A stretch of 64,000 nt of DNA from Candidatus Saccharimonadia bacterium (GCA_036488585.1 DASXHH010000009.1:366-64365); one strand, 5' to 3'; counted from the first letter of the stretch, positions 1 to 8,951 are shown. Notes: generated from the sequence alone by a model not told the origin. Numbers and translations: made by a program.

Positions 1-202
1 AACTAGCCCAGTCGCCGCGAGGGCCAGGGCAGTAAGCAGTTTTCTTGACGAGCTCCCTATACATATAAAACGCCGGGTGTTCAGACCTGTTCCTCACAAA
101 CTACTTACGCTTTTCATTATGAACTAATTGTGAACCATGCTCAAGTTAAAAAATGGCCATTTTTGACGTTCAGATAAGCAAGATAGTTAACTCCGGTAAA
201 GA

Positions 203-223
203 ATTTACTTATTAAGTAAATTA
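203..223. promoter_or_regulatory. Perfect 10-1-10 palindrome AATTTACTTA-t-TAAGTAAATT in the AT-rich upstream region of ORF 269-994; candidate operator for a dimeric regulator
   Basis: Read directly: the arms are exact reverse complements. It lies ~45 nt upstream of the GGAGAGGGGGTGAG Shine-Dalgarno and ATG at 269. Confidence 0.4.
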
Positions 224-268
224 TGGTTAAATAATTTCGAAATTCCACCGATATCCCCAGGAGAGGGG

Positions 269-994
269 GTGAGTGGCATGTCCATTGAGAACTCAGCGCT
301 TCCGCCGGTCTCTCAGGAGAGGGACCCGGAGGAAATCAGCCACTTCGGAAGATGGGCCATTAAGATCAGCCTGGATACTGCCCTGGGCATGTGGGCGGCT
401 CAGAAGCTGGCGTACCCGCTCCAAATAAAGATGGCTTCGCAGCCGCTGATACTGGTGATGCTGAACCCGATCGCTCCGGCGCTGGCCGACCTGCACGACC
501 ACTACAACTTCTGGCTCTATCTAACCATTGGCGGCTTGCGGTCGTGCATATTTATGCCGACTTCGTACTTTATGGGCCGCTACGGGAAGGAGTACGTGAA
601 GGCTCTGGCTGCTAAGCGCGAGCGCCGCACAGGCCGCCAGCTGATGTGGCCTGGTAAGGCCAGGCGTGGGATCGACCATGTGGTCAGCCCGGTCCGCGAT
701 TGGCTAACTAGCTTTGTAGCGGCCACACCGGTGCTGGCATACCCGTGGGTCTGGCTCAAGGGCCTAGGCCGATGGCTCAAGCCAAGGGTTTTGGACAACT
801 TCGCCAAATGGGGCTGGCTAATGGTCTTTATCCGGCCAAACCAATGGACGCTGATGGCTGCCGGCGCCAAGCGTATGAACCCCTGGGTGACTGGAGCGGC
901 AGCCGTTTCCGGCGAGCTAGCTTGGCTTGTGCTGGTGGCCTACATGGGCCAGCATATACCCCATATTGTGTTGAACATCTTCTCAATCTTTTAG
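269..994 (+). CDS. hypothetical protein (241 aa), Trp/Pro-rich, no recognisable domain
   Basis: Long ORF preceded by a GGAGAGGGGG Shine-Dalgarno and followed by an intrinsic terminator. Confidence 0.55.
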   Translation: MSGMSIENSALPPVSQERDPEEISHFGRWAIKISLDTALGMWAAQKLAYPLQIKMASQPLILVMLNPIAPALADLHDHYNFWLYLTIGGLRSCIFMPTSYFMGRYGKEYVKALAAKRERRTGRQLMWPGKARRGIDHVVSPVRDWLTSFVAATPVLAYPWVWLKGLGRWLKPRVLDNFAKWGWLMVFIRPNQWTLMAAGAKRMNPWVTGAAAVSGELAWLVLVAYMGQHIPHIVLNIFSIF

Positions 995-1031
995 ACCCCT
1001 TGTCGCCGTGCAAGGGGTCTTCACTTTTTAG
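995..1031 (+). terminator. rho-independent terminator (GACCCCTTG-loop-CAAGGGGTC followed by a T-run)
   Basis: Inverted repeat immediately after the TAG at 992-994, followed by TTCACTTTTTA. Confidence 0.7.
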
Positions 1032-1143
1032 TTTACCGTGCAGCGGATTTCGGCGATGAGAAGATGATGGCGCCACAGCACGGAGTTGAATCCAGACTTC
1101 CGGATGGGAGTTTTTCAAGTTCGATGTAAACGTAGCAATTGGC

Positions 1144-1178
1144 GTTCAGGCCGGCAGCTACACGCTGCCGGCCTGAAC
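1144..1178. terminator. 15-bp perfect stem-loop (GTTCAGGCCGGCAGC-tacac-GCTGCCGGCCTGAAC) between convergent genes
   Basis: Perfect inverted repeat downstream of the minus-strand gene 1190-1819. There is no T-run, so it is a hairpin-only terminator typical of high-GC genomes. Confidence 0.5.
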
Positions 1179-1189
1179 TATGGTTGTCC

Positions 1190-1819
1190 TCAGGCGGACC
1201 GTGGCATGAGCGGCGCAGCTGTGCGCCAGGCACGATCTGACAGCGGCTGAACACCGGTCTTGCGGAAGCCCTTGAGCTGCCGGTTGATTGCCAGGGCGAA
1301 ATACCCGGTCGCAAGGAGGGTACACAGACAGGTGAAGATAACGTAGAGGACGAAGCCGATGCTCCCGCCGGAGGCGAGACGGAACAGCTCCTGGTCGTTG
1401 AAGTACCTCTGCTGCTCGGTGTGGTTGAACAGGACCAGCGGGATCCACTTGCCGTGGCGCTGGGCGTGACACATCGTGACGACCTGGCCCGACCAAAGAT
1501 CGACGTTGAAGCCGGTCAGTGAGAAGCTACGCTCGCCCTGCTGGCCAACGAGCCGGAATGAATCGGTGCGCGTCACGTGCGTACCCCGGTTCACGATCAC
1601 CGCGTCGGAAGCCGACAGGTACGTAGCCGTATCGGTGACGGTGGTGGTCTGCGTGCTGCGCGCCCCATTCACAACTCCGGTGAAGGTTTGGATTGGGTAG
1701 CCAAGAACTTCGGTGCCGTCAGTGCTGACGACCATGGGCCTGTGGGCCTTCCGGATTCGTAGGAAGATGGGGATGCTGAAAACACAGCAGACCATCACAT
1801 ACGCGATGAACGCGGTCAA
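1190..1819 (-). CDS. hypothetical membrane protein (209 aa) with N- and C-terminal hydrophobic helices
   Basis: ORF with hydrophobic N-terminus (FIAYVMVCCVFSIPIFL) and C-proximal TM (FVLYVIFTCLCTLLATGYFALAI). Confidence 0.55.
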   Translation of the reverse strand: MTAFIAYVMVCCVFSIPIFLRIRKAHRPMVVSTDGTEVLGYPIQTFTGVVNGARSTQTTTVTDTATYLSASDAVIVNRGTHVTRTDSFRLVGQQGERSFSLTGFNVDLWSGQVVTMCHAQRHGKWIPLVLFNHTEQQRYFNDQELFRLASGGSIGFVLYVIFTCLCTLLATGYFALAINRQLKGFRKTGVQPLSDRAWRTAAPLMPRSA

Positions 1820-2128
1820 GGTTGTCCTCCTGCCTGCGTGGGCGGCGAGTTGCCGTCCAGGTGCGACGCCAAGACGTCCGGAAAATTTTAATATGGATTA
1901 GTCAATTAGTAAAGGCTTGGCTAAGGCTAAAAATTGTAGTGGACAGGGCTTGACTCCTGGGCACCACGCCTCGATTTGCGAGGTGAGTGATGCCCAGGAA
2001 GATGCGAGGACGCACAGTTGGATCAGCCGGCGCCGGAGATGCCGACGTTGTATACCACAAACTCCAGTCGAACTCTTGAAGTGGCTGGATCTGCTTAATC
2101 AGTATTGTGTCTCAATCGTTGAAGATAG

Positions 2129-2464
2129 CTAATAGGACGGCTTCGGAGCTCCAGTGGTAATATCGCACACCGATGAGTGGTTGCCCAAGCAAGCATTTAG
2201 CTTATTGATTTCGTATTGGTTGTATAGCCAAGCCTGCGAGGCTCCAGCGTTCGTAATGTCCTGATTATGAATAGTGGTGAAAAGAACGTAGTTAGTGAAT
2301 ATGAGACATAAAGCTAGGAGGCCAATGATGACGTCCCGAAGGTTGAGTTTATATTTTCGTTTTAACATAAATGCATTATACACTTTTAAGCATAAGAACA
2401 TTGGTGCGCCACACTTCCCAATTCTGGAACCATTTGTTGATAGCTTGCTGCGAGTCGACGTCAA
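2129..2464 (-). CDS. small hydrophobic hypothetical protein in an AT-rich (foreign-looking) segment
   Basis: ORF in a low-GC patch with one TM segment (IIGLLALCLIFTNYVLFTTI). It overlaps the tRNA-flank repeat copy at 2388-2409. The coding call is weak. Confidence 0.25.
   Translation of the reverse strand: MTSTRSKLSTNGSRIGKCGAPMFLCLKVYNAFMLKRKYKLNLRDVIIGLLALCLIFTNYVLFTTIHNQDITNAGASQAWLYNQYEINKLNACLGNHSSVCDITTGAPKPSY
2388..2409. repeat. 22-nt direct repeat of the tRNA-Leu 3'-flank/3'-end (aagcataagaacattggtgcgc), identical to 5085-5106
   Basis: Exact match by eye to the sequence spanning the tRNA-Leu 3' end. Confidence 0.7.
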
Positions 2465-2694
2465 GATAACGAAACTCGGCTTAGTTTACGAAGTCGATCA
2501 AGTTGTTGCCCGCCCGCTGGACGGAGATCCGGTCAAAAATGAACCACCTGAATGCTCAAACTCTTTGCTTAAGCGCTCGGGTGGTGCCGTCCTGGACACC
2601 ACGGGCGCTGTGTTGCACCGTGATGTCCAGGACTGGTACGCCGTTTCGACCCCCCGCAGGGATCGGCCCGAACGGCGACGGGCCGAGTTGTGGA

Positions 2695-3051
2695 TCAGTC
2701 GTGCTGATCCGGTCCGGGGCCGGGGGCCGGCGTGATGTACTCCGGCTCGGCCGGGAGCAGGACGCGCCCGGCTTCCTCGTTCAGGCGGCTCGCCACGAGT
2801 TCGGCCACGACGTTGACGTCGTTGTAGACGTCGTCGCCGGGGATCTCGAGCGATCCGAGGTTGAAGGCGAGCATGCCGTTGCGGCCGACATGGAAGTCGG
2901 CGCTCAGGAGTTCACCCGACGCCCGGAGGCGAGCAAGGACGTCCTCGAGGACGTCCCAGTCCCGCTCATCGGATGTGACCACGCCGGCCAGGTAGGTCGA
3001 ATCGTGGTCCCACTCGACGGTGAACGGGTTGGGGTTGGCGCTAACGGTCAT
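2695..3051 (-). CDS. hypothetical acidic protein (118 aa)
   Basis: ORF with good codon periodicity in GC-rich DNA, lying between two tRNA-fragment repeats. No recognisable domain. Confidence 0.45.
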   Translation of the reverse strand: MTVSANPNPFTVEWDHDSTYLAGVVTSDERDWDVLEDVLARLRASGELLSADFHVGRNGMLAFNLGSLEIPGDDVYNDVNVVAELVASRLNEEAGRVLLPAEPEYITPAPGPGPDQHD

Positions 3052-3117
3052 GACCTCTCCTTGGTATCGACAACCGTGCGTTGCTTATTATACCTTGTTT
3101 CGTATCTGGCGTCAAGT

Positions 3118-3140
3118 TGCGCGAGAGAGGAGTCGAACCT
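3118..3140. repeat. 23-nt direct repeat of the tRNA-Leu 3' half (tgcgcgagagaggagtcgaacct), identical to 5102-5124; att-like remnant
   Basis: Exact match to the acceptor-stem and T-arm 3' strand of the tRNA-Leu gene at 5099-5184. Confidence 0.8.
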
Positions 3141-3222
3141 TTTTCCAGATATAAAATTTCGAAAACACAAAAGGCGCCCAAACTGGGACTCTTCTTATTT
3201 TTAGATCTAAATTGGTGCGCGA

Positions 3223-3235
3223 GGGGTATTTAGAT
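3223..3235. repeat. 13-nt partial copy (attggtgcgcgag) of the tRNA-Leu 3' end and flank (matches 5097-5109)
   Basis: Short exact match. On its own it could be chance, but it is the third such copy within 1 kb. Confidence 0.4.
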
Positions 3236-3402
3236 GGAACTCTTTATGCCATGACATCTTGAGTTTGGGCAAGAAATTGACAGAACTGGGGTTGGGTATG
3301 ACAGGCGAAAAGTTGTTCTAACGATCTCGGATCCCTGTTGTACACTAAGCGTAAGCCTTGTGAGGGCTTGGAGAATACAAAAAATTAACAGGGGGACAAA
3401 AA

Positions 3403-4359
3403 ATGCCTCGCGAACTTGATATATTGCTACCCACCAAACTTAAGCCAGGTGATCGCGTCCGCTTCGTATCGCCGGCTAGCCCAGTGCCGAAGGGCGGGCT
3501 AGACAAGGCCGCGGAGGTACTCGAAGGTCTAGGCTTAGCGGTTGAGTACGGAGAGCATGTCTATGATGTGGATGAGACGATTGATTATCTGGCCGGTAAA
3601 GATGAATACCGGCTGGCAGATATTAATGATGCTCTGCGCGATCCTGGTATTAAGGCCATTATTGCTACTCGCGGCGGCAAAGGCGCCTACCGAATTGCTG
3701 ATGGCCTGGATTTTACTGCGGCACTCAAGCACCCAAAGTTAGTGGTTGGCTTTAGCGAAATAACCATTTTGCACATGGTCTTACTTAAGAACTGCGGGCT
3801 AGCCGGCATTCATGGCGCAGCGTGGGACGCTGAGAGGTTCGGCCAGGCGAGTGCTGCGTCATTTGTGAAGGCAGTCATGACCACTGAGCCCGTCACGGTT
3901 CATTCAACAGACAATGAGCATACGCATTTGCTTACGACCAAAGGCAAGGTAACAGGACGACTAATTGGCGGCAATCAGGATTCGATCGCTACAGGCGCCG
4001 GCTGGGCGCTGCCAAGTTTTGACGGCGCAATTTTGTTGCTCGAGGCGTTTAACTTGCGTCTGGGCCATATTGATCGACAACTGACCATGCTTCTAAAGAC
4101 GGGCATTTTTAAGAATATTGCTGGAGTGGCAATTGGTCAGTATACCAACTGCGGTGCCGCGAGTGATCCTACCGCCACTCCTGATGTGCGCTGTACCGAG
4201 ATTGAGATTTTGCGCGATCGCCTCGGTAGCTTAGGCGTGCCGATTTTGGGTGGATTGCCGTTAGGGCATGGAAAGTACCCGATTGCTGTTCCGATTGGTA
4301 CTATGGCGACGCTCGACGCAGACAACGGAGCTCTTACCGCCTCAGCGGGAGTTAAATAG
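3403..4359 (+). CDS. LD-carboxypeptidase (peptidase S66, LdcA/MccF-like)
   Basis: S66 family signatures in the protein: N-terminal VRFVSPAS, the DPGIKAIIATRGGKGAYRI block, and VVGFSEITILH (catalytic Ser context). Confidence 0.75.
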   Translation: MPRELDILLPTKLKPGDRVRFVSPASPVPKGGLDKAAEVLEGLGLAVEYGEHVYDVDETIDYLAGKDEYRLADINDALRDPGIKAIIATRGGKGAYRIADGLDFTAALKHPKLVVGFSEITILHMVLLKNCGLAGIHGAAWDAERFGQASAASFVKAVMTTEPVTVHSTDNEHTHLLTTKGKVTGRLIGGNQDSIATGAGWALPSFDGAILLLEAFNLRLGHIDRQLTMLLKTGIFKNIAGVAIGQYTNCGAASDPTATPDVRCTEIEILRDRLGSLGVPILGGLPLGHGKYPIAVPIGTMATLDADNGALTASAGVK

Positions 4360-4360
4360 C

Positions 4361-5035
4361 GTGACTCATCAAAAAGAAATACCAGCGCATCCAAGCGATC
4401 TCCAACCCCGAATTGTCCAAAAAGTATATCAACGGCGCGGTTCATTGTACGCATTTCCGACTCTTGATCCAACCAAGACTGCCCTGGTGGTGGTTGACCT
4501 AGATATGGGAACGGCTCGTGATGCTGCAAATCTGCAGCAGGTGGCCGACAACGTAAACGAGCTGGCGACTGCCTTGCGTGATCACGGTGGAACGGTTGCT
4601 TGGGTGATAACCCCAATCCAGAAACCAACTAAAAACTTCCAGGCGGTATTTGGAACGGCCGCGAGTAAGTTTGAGAATATGGGACGGCCGGGCGGGGCGG
4701 CGCATATGCTATGGCCAGAACTCAACCCACCCACAGACACCGATATACGAACTACCAAGTTGGGTCACAGCGCTTTCTTCCCCGGTAAATGTGATCTGAA
4801 TGAGAGGCTGAAAGCCAAGGGTATAGAGTCAATTTTGATCGTGGGGGCGGTCACCAACGTTTGCTGCGAAGCTTCGGCCCGCGATGCGGCGGAACTAGAT
4901 TACCAAGTCACCCTCATTTCTGACGCGATGGCAGGGCTGCCAGGGCTGATTCAGGGAACGCTCACGACATTTTTTCGTTGGTATGGTGACGTGCGAACCT
5001 CGCAGAACGTCATTCAACTCTTAAGCGAGAGTTGA
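4361..5035 (+). CDS. isochorismatase-family cysteine hydrolase
   Basis: ALVVVDLDMG motif and ILIVGAVTNVCCEASARDA (catalytic Cys region). A GTG start abuts the upstream stop; an ATG at 4268 would create a 92-nt overlap, so the start is ambiguous. Confidence 0.7.
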   Translation: MTHQKEIPAHPSDLQPRIVQKVYQRRGSLYAFPTLDPTKTALVVVDLDMGTARDAANLQQVADNVNELATALRDHGGTVAWVITPIQKPTKNFQAVFGTAASKFENMGRPGGAAHMLWPELNPPTDTDIRTTKLGHSAFFPGKCDLNERLKAKGIESILIVGAVTNVCCEASARDAAELDYQVTLISDAMAGLPGLIQGTLTTFFRWYGDVRTSQNVIQLLSES

Positions 5036-5098
5036 ATGAGAGTGATGGATGAATAAAAGCGAAAAAGACCTCACGAGGTCTTTAAAGCATAAGAACAT

Positions 5099-5184
5099 TG
5101 GTGCGCGAGAGAGGAGTCGAACCTCCACGTCCTTGCGGACACTAGTACCTGAAACTAGCGTGTCTACCATTCCACCACTCGCGC
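5099..5184 (-). tRNA. tRNA-Leu (anticodon CAG), class II with long variable arm, encoded CCA
   Basis: Reverse complement folds as a cloverleaf. Acceptor GCGCGAG/CTCGCGC; D-stem GTG/CAC; anticodon stem CTAGT/ACTAG with loop TTCAGGT (U33, CAG, G37); variable arm GTCC-gcaa-GGAC; T-loop TTCGACT; discriminator A plus CCA. Confidence 0.9.
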
Positions 5185-5236
5185 GGGTGGGCGTTAACTG
5201 GGTTACATTAGCATAATTTGGGGGCCTGGGGAAGAG

Positions 5237-6964
5237 TTAGCGAATCGGGATCAGACGGCGGCGGACGGTCCAGCGCTCCACGCCGTAGAAGCGGTCGGCC
5301 GGGGCGACTAGGCGGTGGGCCATTATGCCCGAAACATCGGAGCTGGCGGCATACACGTAAGCGGATTCGTAGAGAACGGCTGCGGGCGCGTCGGCGTCCC
5401 AGGCCTTGAGAAACTCCTCATATTTGCCCTGGCGCACAAGCGGGTCGGACTTCACGCGGCCGGATTCCAAAGCCGAGTCGGCGTCTAGGCTGGAGTAGCC
5501 GGAGAGATTAACACCGGGGTCTTTCGCCTGACTCGAGTGCCAGAATGAGTAGACATCGGGGTCGGAGCCGAGGTTCACGCCGTAGAGGAGCATTTGGAAG
5601 TTGCGCGGGCGCATGTAGGTTTGCTGAAGTTCGTTCTGATCGACGGCGGTAATACTGAGATTTATGCCGAGGGCCGACCACTGGTGCTGAATGTCTTTAG
5701 CGGCGAGCTCAAGCGGACTGCCCGCCAGGGTGACCAGCCTGAGGTGGAGCTGGCCGGGTTTGTAGCCGGCGGCAACCAGGGCTTTTTTGGCATCGGCAGA
5801 GCTGAGAGGGCCGGGGTAGTACTGGTTGGTATAGCCGGTTTGGCCCGGCAGGATGGGTTGAGTAACGGCCACGCCTTGGCCAGCCGAGGCCTGCTGCATG
5901 ACTTCGCCCCGGTCGATGGAGCGCGACAGGATGAGGCGCAAGGTTTTGTCCTTGAGCGTGGAGTCGCCGGTGGCGAAGAACAAAGTGGTCTCCTCGGGCA
6001 ATGTGAAGGTGTACTCGGTGAGTCCAACCGCCGACCGGGCCTGAGAGGCAACTTCGGGCTCGATGCGGCCCGGTGAAGTCACCTGGCGGGCGGCGTAGGC
6101 GGTGAGGGTTTGGGCCGGCGTGTCGTAGAATTTGAACATGAACTCGTCAAGTTTTGGCTTGCCAAAGTAATAATTGGGGTTGGCAGTGAGTTCAATTTCT
6201 TTGGCGGAGGGGGCAAAGGTTTTGAGCTTGAATGGGCCGGTACCCACAGGGTTCTGGTTGAAATCGGCCTCGCGCAACTGCGATGGCTCCACGTTTTCGA
6301 GCAAGTGCCGGGGAACGATGCCGACGGTGGTCGAATCGAGGAACGAATCGAGGGGCTGCGGCAGCTTCATGACCACGGTGTAATTATCGGGGGTGTCACA
6401 GGTGACGCCCTGCCAGGATGAAGCCAGCGGCGAACGGGAGTCGGGGTTTTGGATGGCGGTGAGGGTGAAGGCGACATCCGCAGAGGTGAACGGCACACCA
6501 TCGTGCCACTTGACGCCATGGCGCAGGTGGAAGGTGTAGGTTTTGCCGTCTGGCGAGACATCCCAGCTAGTGGCTAGATCCGGCACGTGCTGGCGGCGCG
6601 AGTTGTAACGGGTAAGGCCGGAGAAGACGAGACGATTAATATCGTCGGCGGTAGCTGATTCGGGAAGCAGCGGGTTGAGGGTTTGCACGGTGCCCACGGC
6701 CGCCTCGGTGTAGGTGCCGCCGGGAAAGCCGACCGCCGTGGTATAGAGCCGGTCGAGCGCACCCATTTGCTGCAGCAAGCCAACGAAGGCGACCGCCGCC
6801 AGCGCCCACCACAGCAGCAAGAAGCGCCGTACCACCCTCACCTGGTGCCATTTGCCCCAGATGTGGCGGTCTATGTAGTTGCGGGACCATTGGCGCCAGA
6901 TGCGGGTGTTGCGGCGCGCTCGACGCACCGCCCTGCGCCATCGGAACCGAAAATAGTTAAACAT
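5237..6964 (-). CDS. ABC transporter substrate-binding protein, family 5 (peptide/nickel/oligopeptide-binding type), with Arg-rich N-terminal extension and signal-anchor helix
   Basis: SBP_bac_5-type sequence along its length (WHDG..., KWHDGVPFTSADV). Its start lies 4 nt after the secG stop. Confidence 0.75.
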   Translation of the reverse strand: MFNYFRFRWRRAVRRARRNTRIWRQWSRNYIDRHIWGKWHQVRVVRRFLLLWWALAAVAFVGLLQQMGALDRLYTTAVGFPGGTYTEAAVGTVQTLNPLLPESATADDINRLVFSGLTRYNSRRQHVPDLATSWDVSPDGKTYTFHLRHGVKWHDGVPFTSADVAFTLTAIQNPDSRSPLASSWQGVTCDTPDNYTVVMKLPQPLDSFLDSTTVGIVPRHLLENVEPSQLREADFNQNPVGTGPFKLKTFAPSAKEIELTANPNYYFGKPKLDEFMFKFYDTPAQTLTAYAARQVTSPGRIEPEVASQARSAVGLTEYTFTLPEETTLFFATGDSTLKDKTLRLILSRSIDRGEVMQQASAGQGVAVTQPILPGQTGYTNQYYPGPLSSADAKKALVAAGYKPGQLHLRLVTLAGSPLELAAKDIQHQWSALGINLSITAVDQNELQQTYMRPRNFQMLLYGVNLGSDPDVYSFWHSSQAKDPGVNLSGYSSLDADSALESGRVKSDPLVRQGKYEEFLKAWDADAPAAVLYESAYVYAASSDVSGIMAHRLVAPADRFYGVERWTVRRRLIPIR

Positions 6965-6968
6965 GGGC

Positions 6969-7190
6969 TTACTTCTTTGAAAGAATGCTCAAAATTACAG
7001 ACAGAACGAGGATAACGGCCGTGATGATGGTGGCATTAAAAATTACAGCCTCAGCGCCACGACGGGAGCGGTAGTAGCTGGTATCGCCGCCGAAGGCCGC
7101 GCCCAAGCTCTGGCCGCGGGATTGGATGAGGATAAACATTATGGTGAGCAGCGCCGAAATGACGGTAATGATATTAAATATGTTCTTCAT
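6969..7190 (-). CDS. secG: preprotein translocase subunit SecG
   Basis: 73 aa with two TMs and the conserved LIQSRGQ(S/G)LG..FGG motif. Confidence 0.75.
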   Translation of the reverse strand: MKNIFNIITVISALLTIMFILIQSRGQSLGAAFGGDTSYYRSRRGAEAVIFNATIITAVILVLSVILSILSKK

Positions 7191-7542
7191 GCTTGGGCTC
7201 CAGAAGTTCAGTTAGCAGGTAGTTTACGATCCATACCACCACCGTGGCTAGGACTGCGGTCCAAAACGAGCGTAGGTGGAACTTGGGATAGATAACCGTC
7301 ACAAGATAGAGCATGAAGGCATTTATCACAAGGGTGAACAGCCCGAGCGTAAGTACAATGGCCGGTAGCGACAACAGCACCACCAACGGCCGAATGACGG
7401 CGTTGACCACCGAGAAGATGAGCGCAGCCACTACTAGAATGCTGAGCTTGTCGTTGTACTGAATGCTGCCCGTCATTAATTCGGCGGCAGCCCAGAGGCC
7501 GAGGAAGTTGACGAGCCAGCGCAAGATAAATTTGCGGATCAT
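7174..7542 (-). CDS. membrane protein of the phage-holin-4/DUF360 type (YvlD-like), 4 TM
   Basis: MIRKFILRWLVNFLGLWAAAEL... matches the usual N-terminus of this family. Overlaps secG by 17 nt. Confidence 0.55.
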   Translation of the reverse strand: MIRKFILRWLVNFLGLWAAAELMTGSIQYNDKLSILVVAALIFSVVNAVIRPLVVLLSLPAIVLTLGLFTLVINAFMLYLVTVIYPKFHLRSFWTAVLATVVVWIVNYLLTELLEPKHEEHI

Positions 7543-7691
7543 GACCCGACTATGTTAGCACAATTACCGCTTCTTGCGTAGGAGCTTGCCCAGCGAGAAC
7601 ACGCTCGCACCCGTTACCTTCATGCGAGGCGTGCGTTTGCGTTCGCGAGCGGCGGCCCGGCGGATGGCTTTGTCGATGTGATAGCCGCGGC

Positions 7692-8951
7692 TCATGATTT
7701 GGCTGATTTGCTTAATAGCTCTTCGAGCTGATCGGGGTCTGAAGGGATGTCGCGGGAGATAACTTCGCACCCACCGGTGGTGATGAGCAGATCGTCTTCG
7801 AGCCGTACCCCTATCCCCTCTGTTTTTAGGTAGAGGCCGGGCTCGCAGGTGATGACCATGCCGGGCTCGAGTGGGGCTCGGAAATCAGAGTTGTCATGGG
7901 CATCGAGGCCCATTTGATGAGAGATGTGACCGGGATAGTAGTTAAAAAGCGGACCTTTGAGGCCGAGTTTTTTGATTTCTTCGGTGAGGACCTCGCGCAT
8001 ATGGTTGTCGACGCTCACGATGGATTCGCCGGGTTTACAACGGGCGATACCAGCGAGCTGGGCCCGGCGCAGAGCCTCGTAAGTATCGCGCTGGCGCTTG
8101 GTGAATCGACCCGATACAGGGGCGACGCGGCTAATGTCTGAGGCATACCAGCCCATTTCGGCGCCGGTATCGAATAAGACGAGGTCGTGATCGCCGAGCG
8201 GAGCGTCATTTTTCATGTAATGGATGATGGTGGCATTACGGCCGGCGGCTACAATTGGCGTGAAGGCGTGGCCGGTGGCTCCGTGGCGTAGGTATTCGGC
8301 GGTGAGCTCGGCCTCAAGCGCGTATTCGGGCAGCCCCGGCGACATGGCCAACCACGCCCGCTCGAGGCCAGCCTTAGTGGTGGCGACGGCGCGGCGGATT
8401 TGCTCGATTTCGGCCGGGTCTTTAATTTGGCGGTGGTGGTTAAGCTGTGGTAGGGCGGAGCGGAGTTGGTGGAGAGGTGCTCGGCGGCGCAGTTCTCTGG
8501 CTCGGCGAGTAGCGGGCGAGGATTGGTGCGAATCGAGCGATTCGTCGGCATTGAGATAAACAGTGTGGTAACGCTCGAGTAATCGATTGAGCAGACGCGG
8601 CAGGTCCGAGAGCGGCATAACGGTTTTAATGCCAGATAGTTTTTCGGCCTGTCTTGGCGTGAGGCGCTCCCCTTCCCAGGTGCCCACAAAGTCGTTGGTA
8701 CCGCTCACGAACAACAACTGGCGGGCCTCAGGGTTAGAGTGACCGGGTACCAGCACCAGCACCGCCTCAGGTTCAGCGATGCCGGTGAGGTAGTAGAAGT
8801 TGGAGTCGGGGCGGAACGGATACTCGGCATCGGCGCTGCGCATGATTACATCGGACGTATCGATAATGGCGATAGCTTCGGGGCCGATAGCTTCCTCGAG
8901 TTTGGATCGGGCCGCGGCATGGAATTTCGGCGGCAGGGGTTCGTAGCGCAT
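7692..8951 (-). CDS. pepP: Xaa-Pro aminopeptidase (M24B, PepP-like)
   Basis: M24 pita-bread motifs: HGATGHAFTPIVAAG, DLVLFDTGAEMGWYASDISR, GHISHQMGLDAHD, LEDDLLIT. Confidence 0.8.
   Translation of the reverse strand: MRYEPLPPKFHAAARSKLEEAIGPEAIAIIDTSDVIMRSADAEYPFRPDSNFYYLTGIAEPEAVLVLVPGHSNPEARQLLFVSGTNDFVGTWEGERLTPRQAEKLSGIKTVMPLSDLPRLLNRLLERYHTVYLNADESLDSHQSSPATRRARELRRRAPLHQLRSALPQLNHHRQIKDPAEIEQIRRAVATTKAGLERAWLAMSPGLPEYALEAELTAEYLRHGATGHAFTPIVAAGRNATIIHYMKNDAPLGDHDLVLFDTGAEMGWYASDISRVAPVSGRFTKRQRDTYEALRRAQLAGIARCKPGESIVSVDNHMREVLTEEIKKLGLKGPLFNYYPGHISHQMGLDAHDNSDFRAPLEPGMVITCEPGLYLKTEGIGVRLEDDLLITTGGCEVISRDIPSDPDQLEELLSKSAKS

Noticed and set aside
2388-5184. Searched for integrase/recombinase, transposase or excisionase near the tRNA-Leu repeats
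   Set aside because: None of the ORFs between the repeats has recombinase motifs (no R..HxxR..Y tyrosine recombinase or serine recombinase signatures). The region is therefore reported as a decayed islet array, not an intact mobile element.
7564-7770. 68-aa highly basic ORF overlapping the 3' end of pepP
   Set aside because: It has a 78-nt overlap with pepP and no SD. A faint resemblance to small ribosomal proteins is not convincing, so it is probably spurious.
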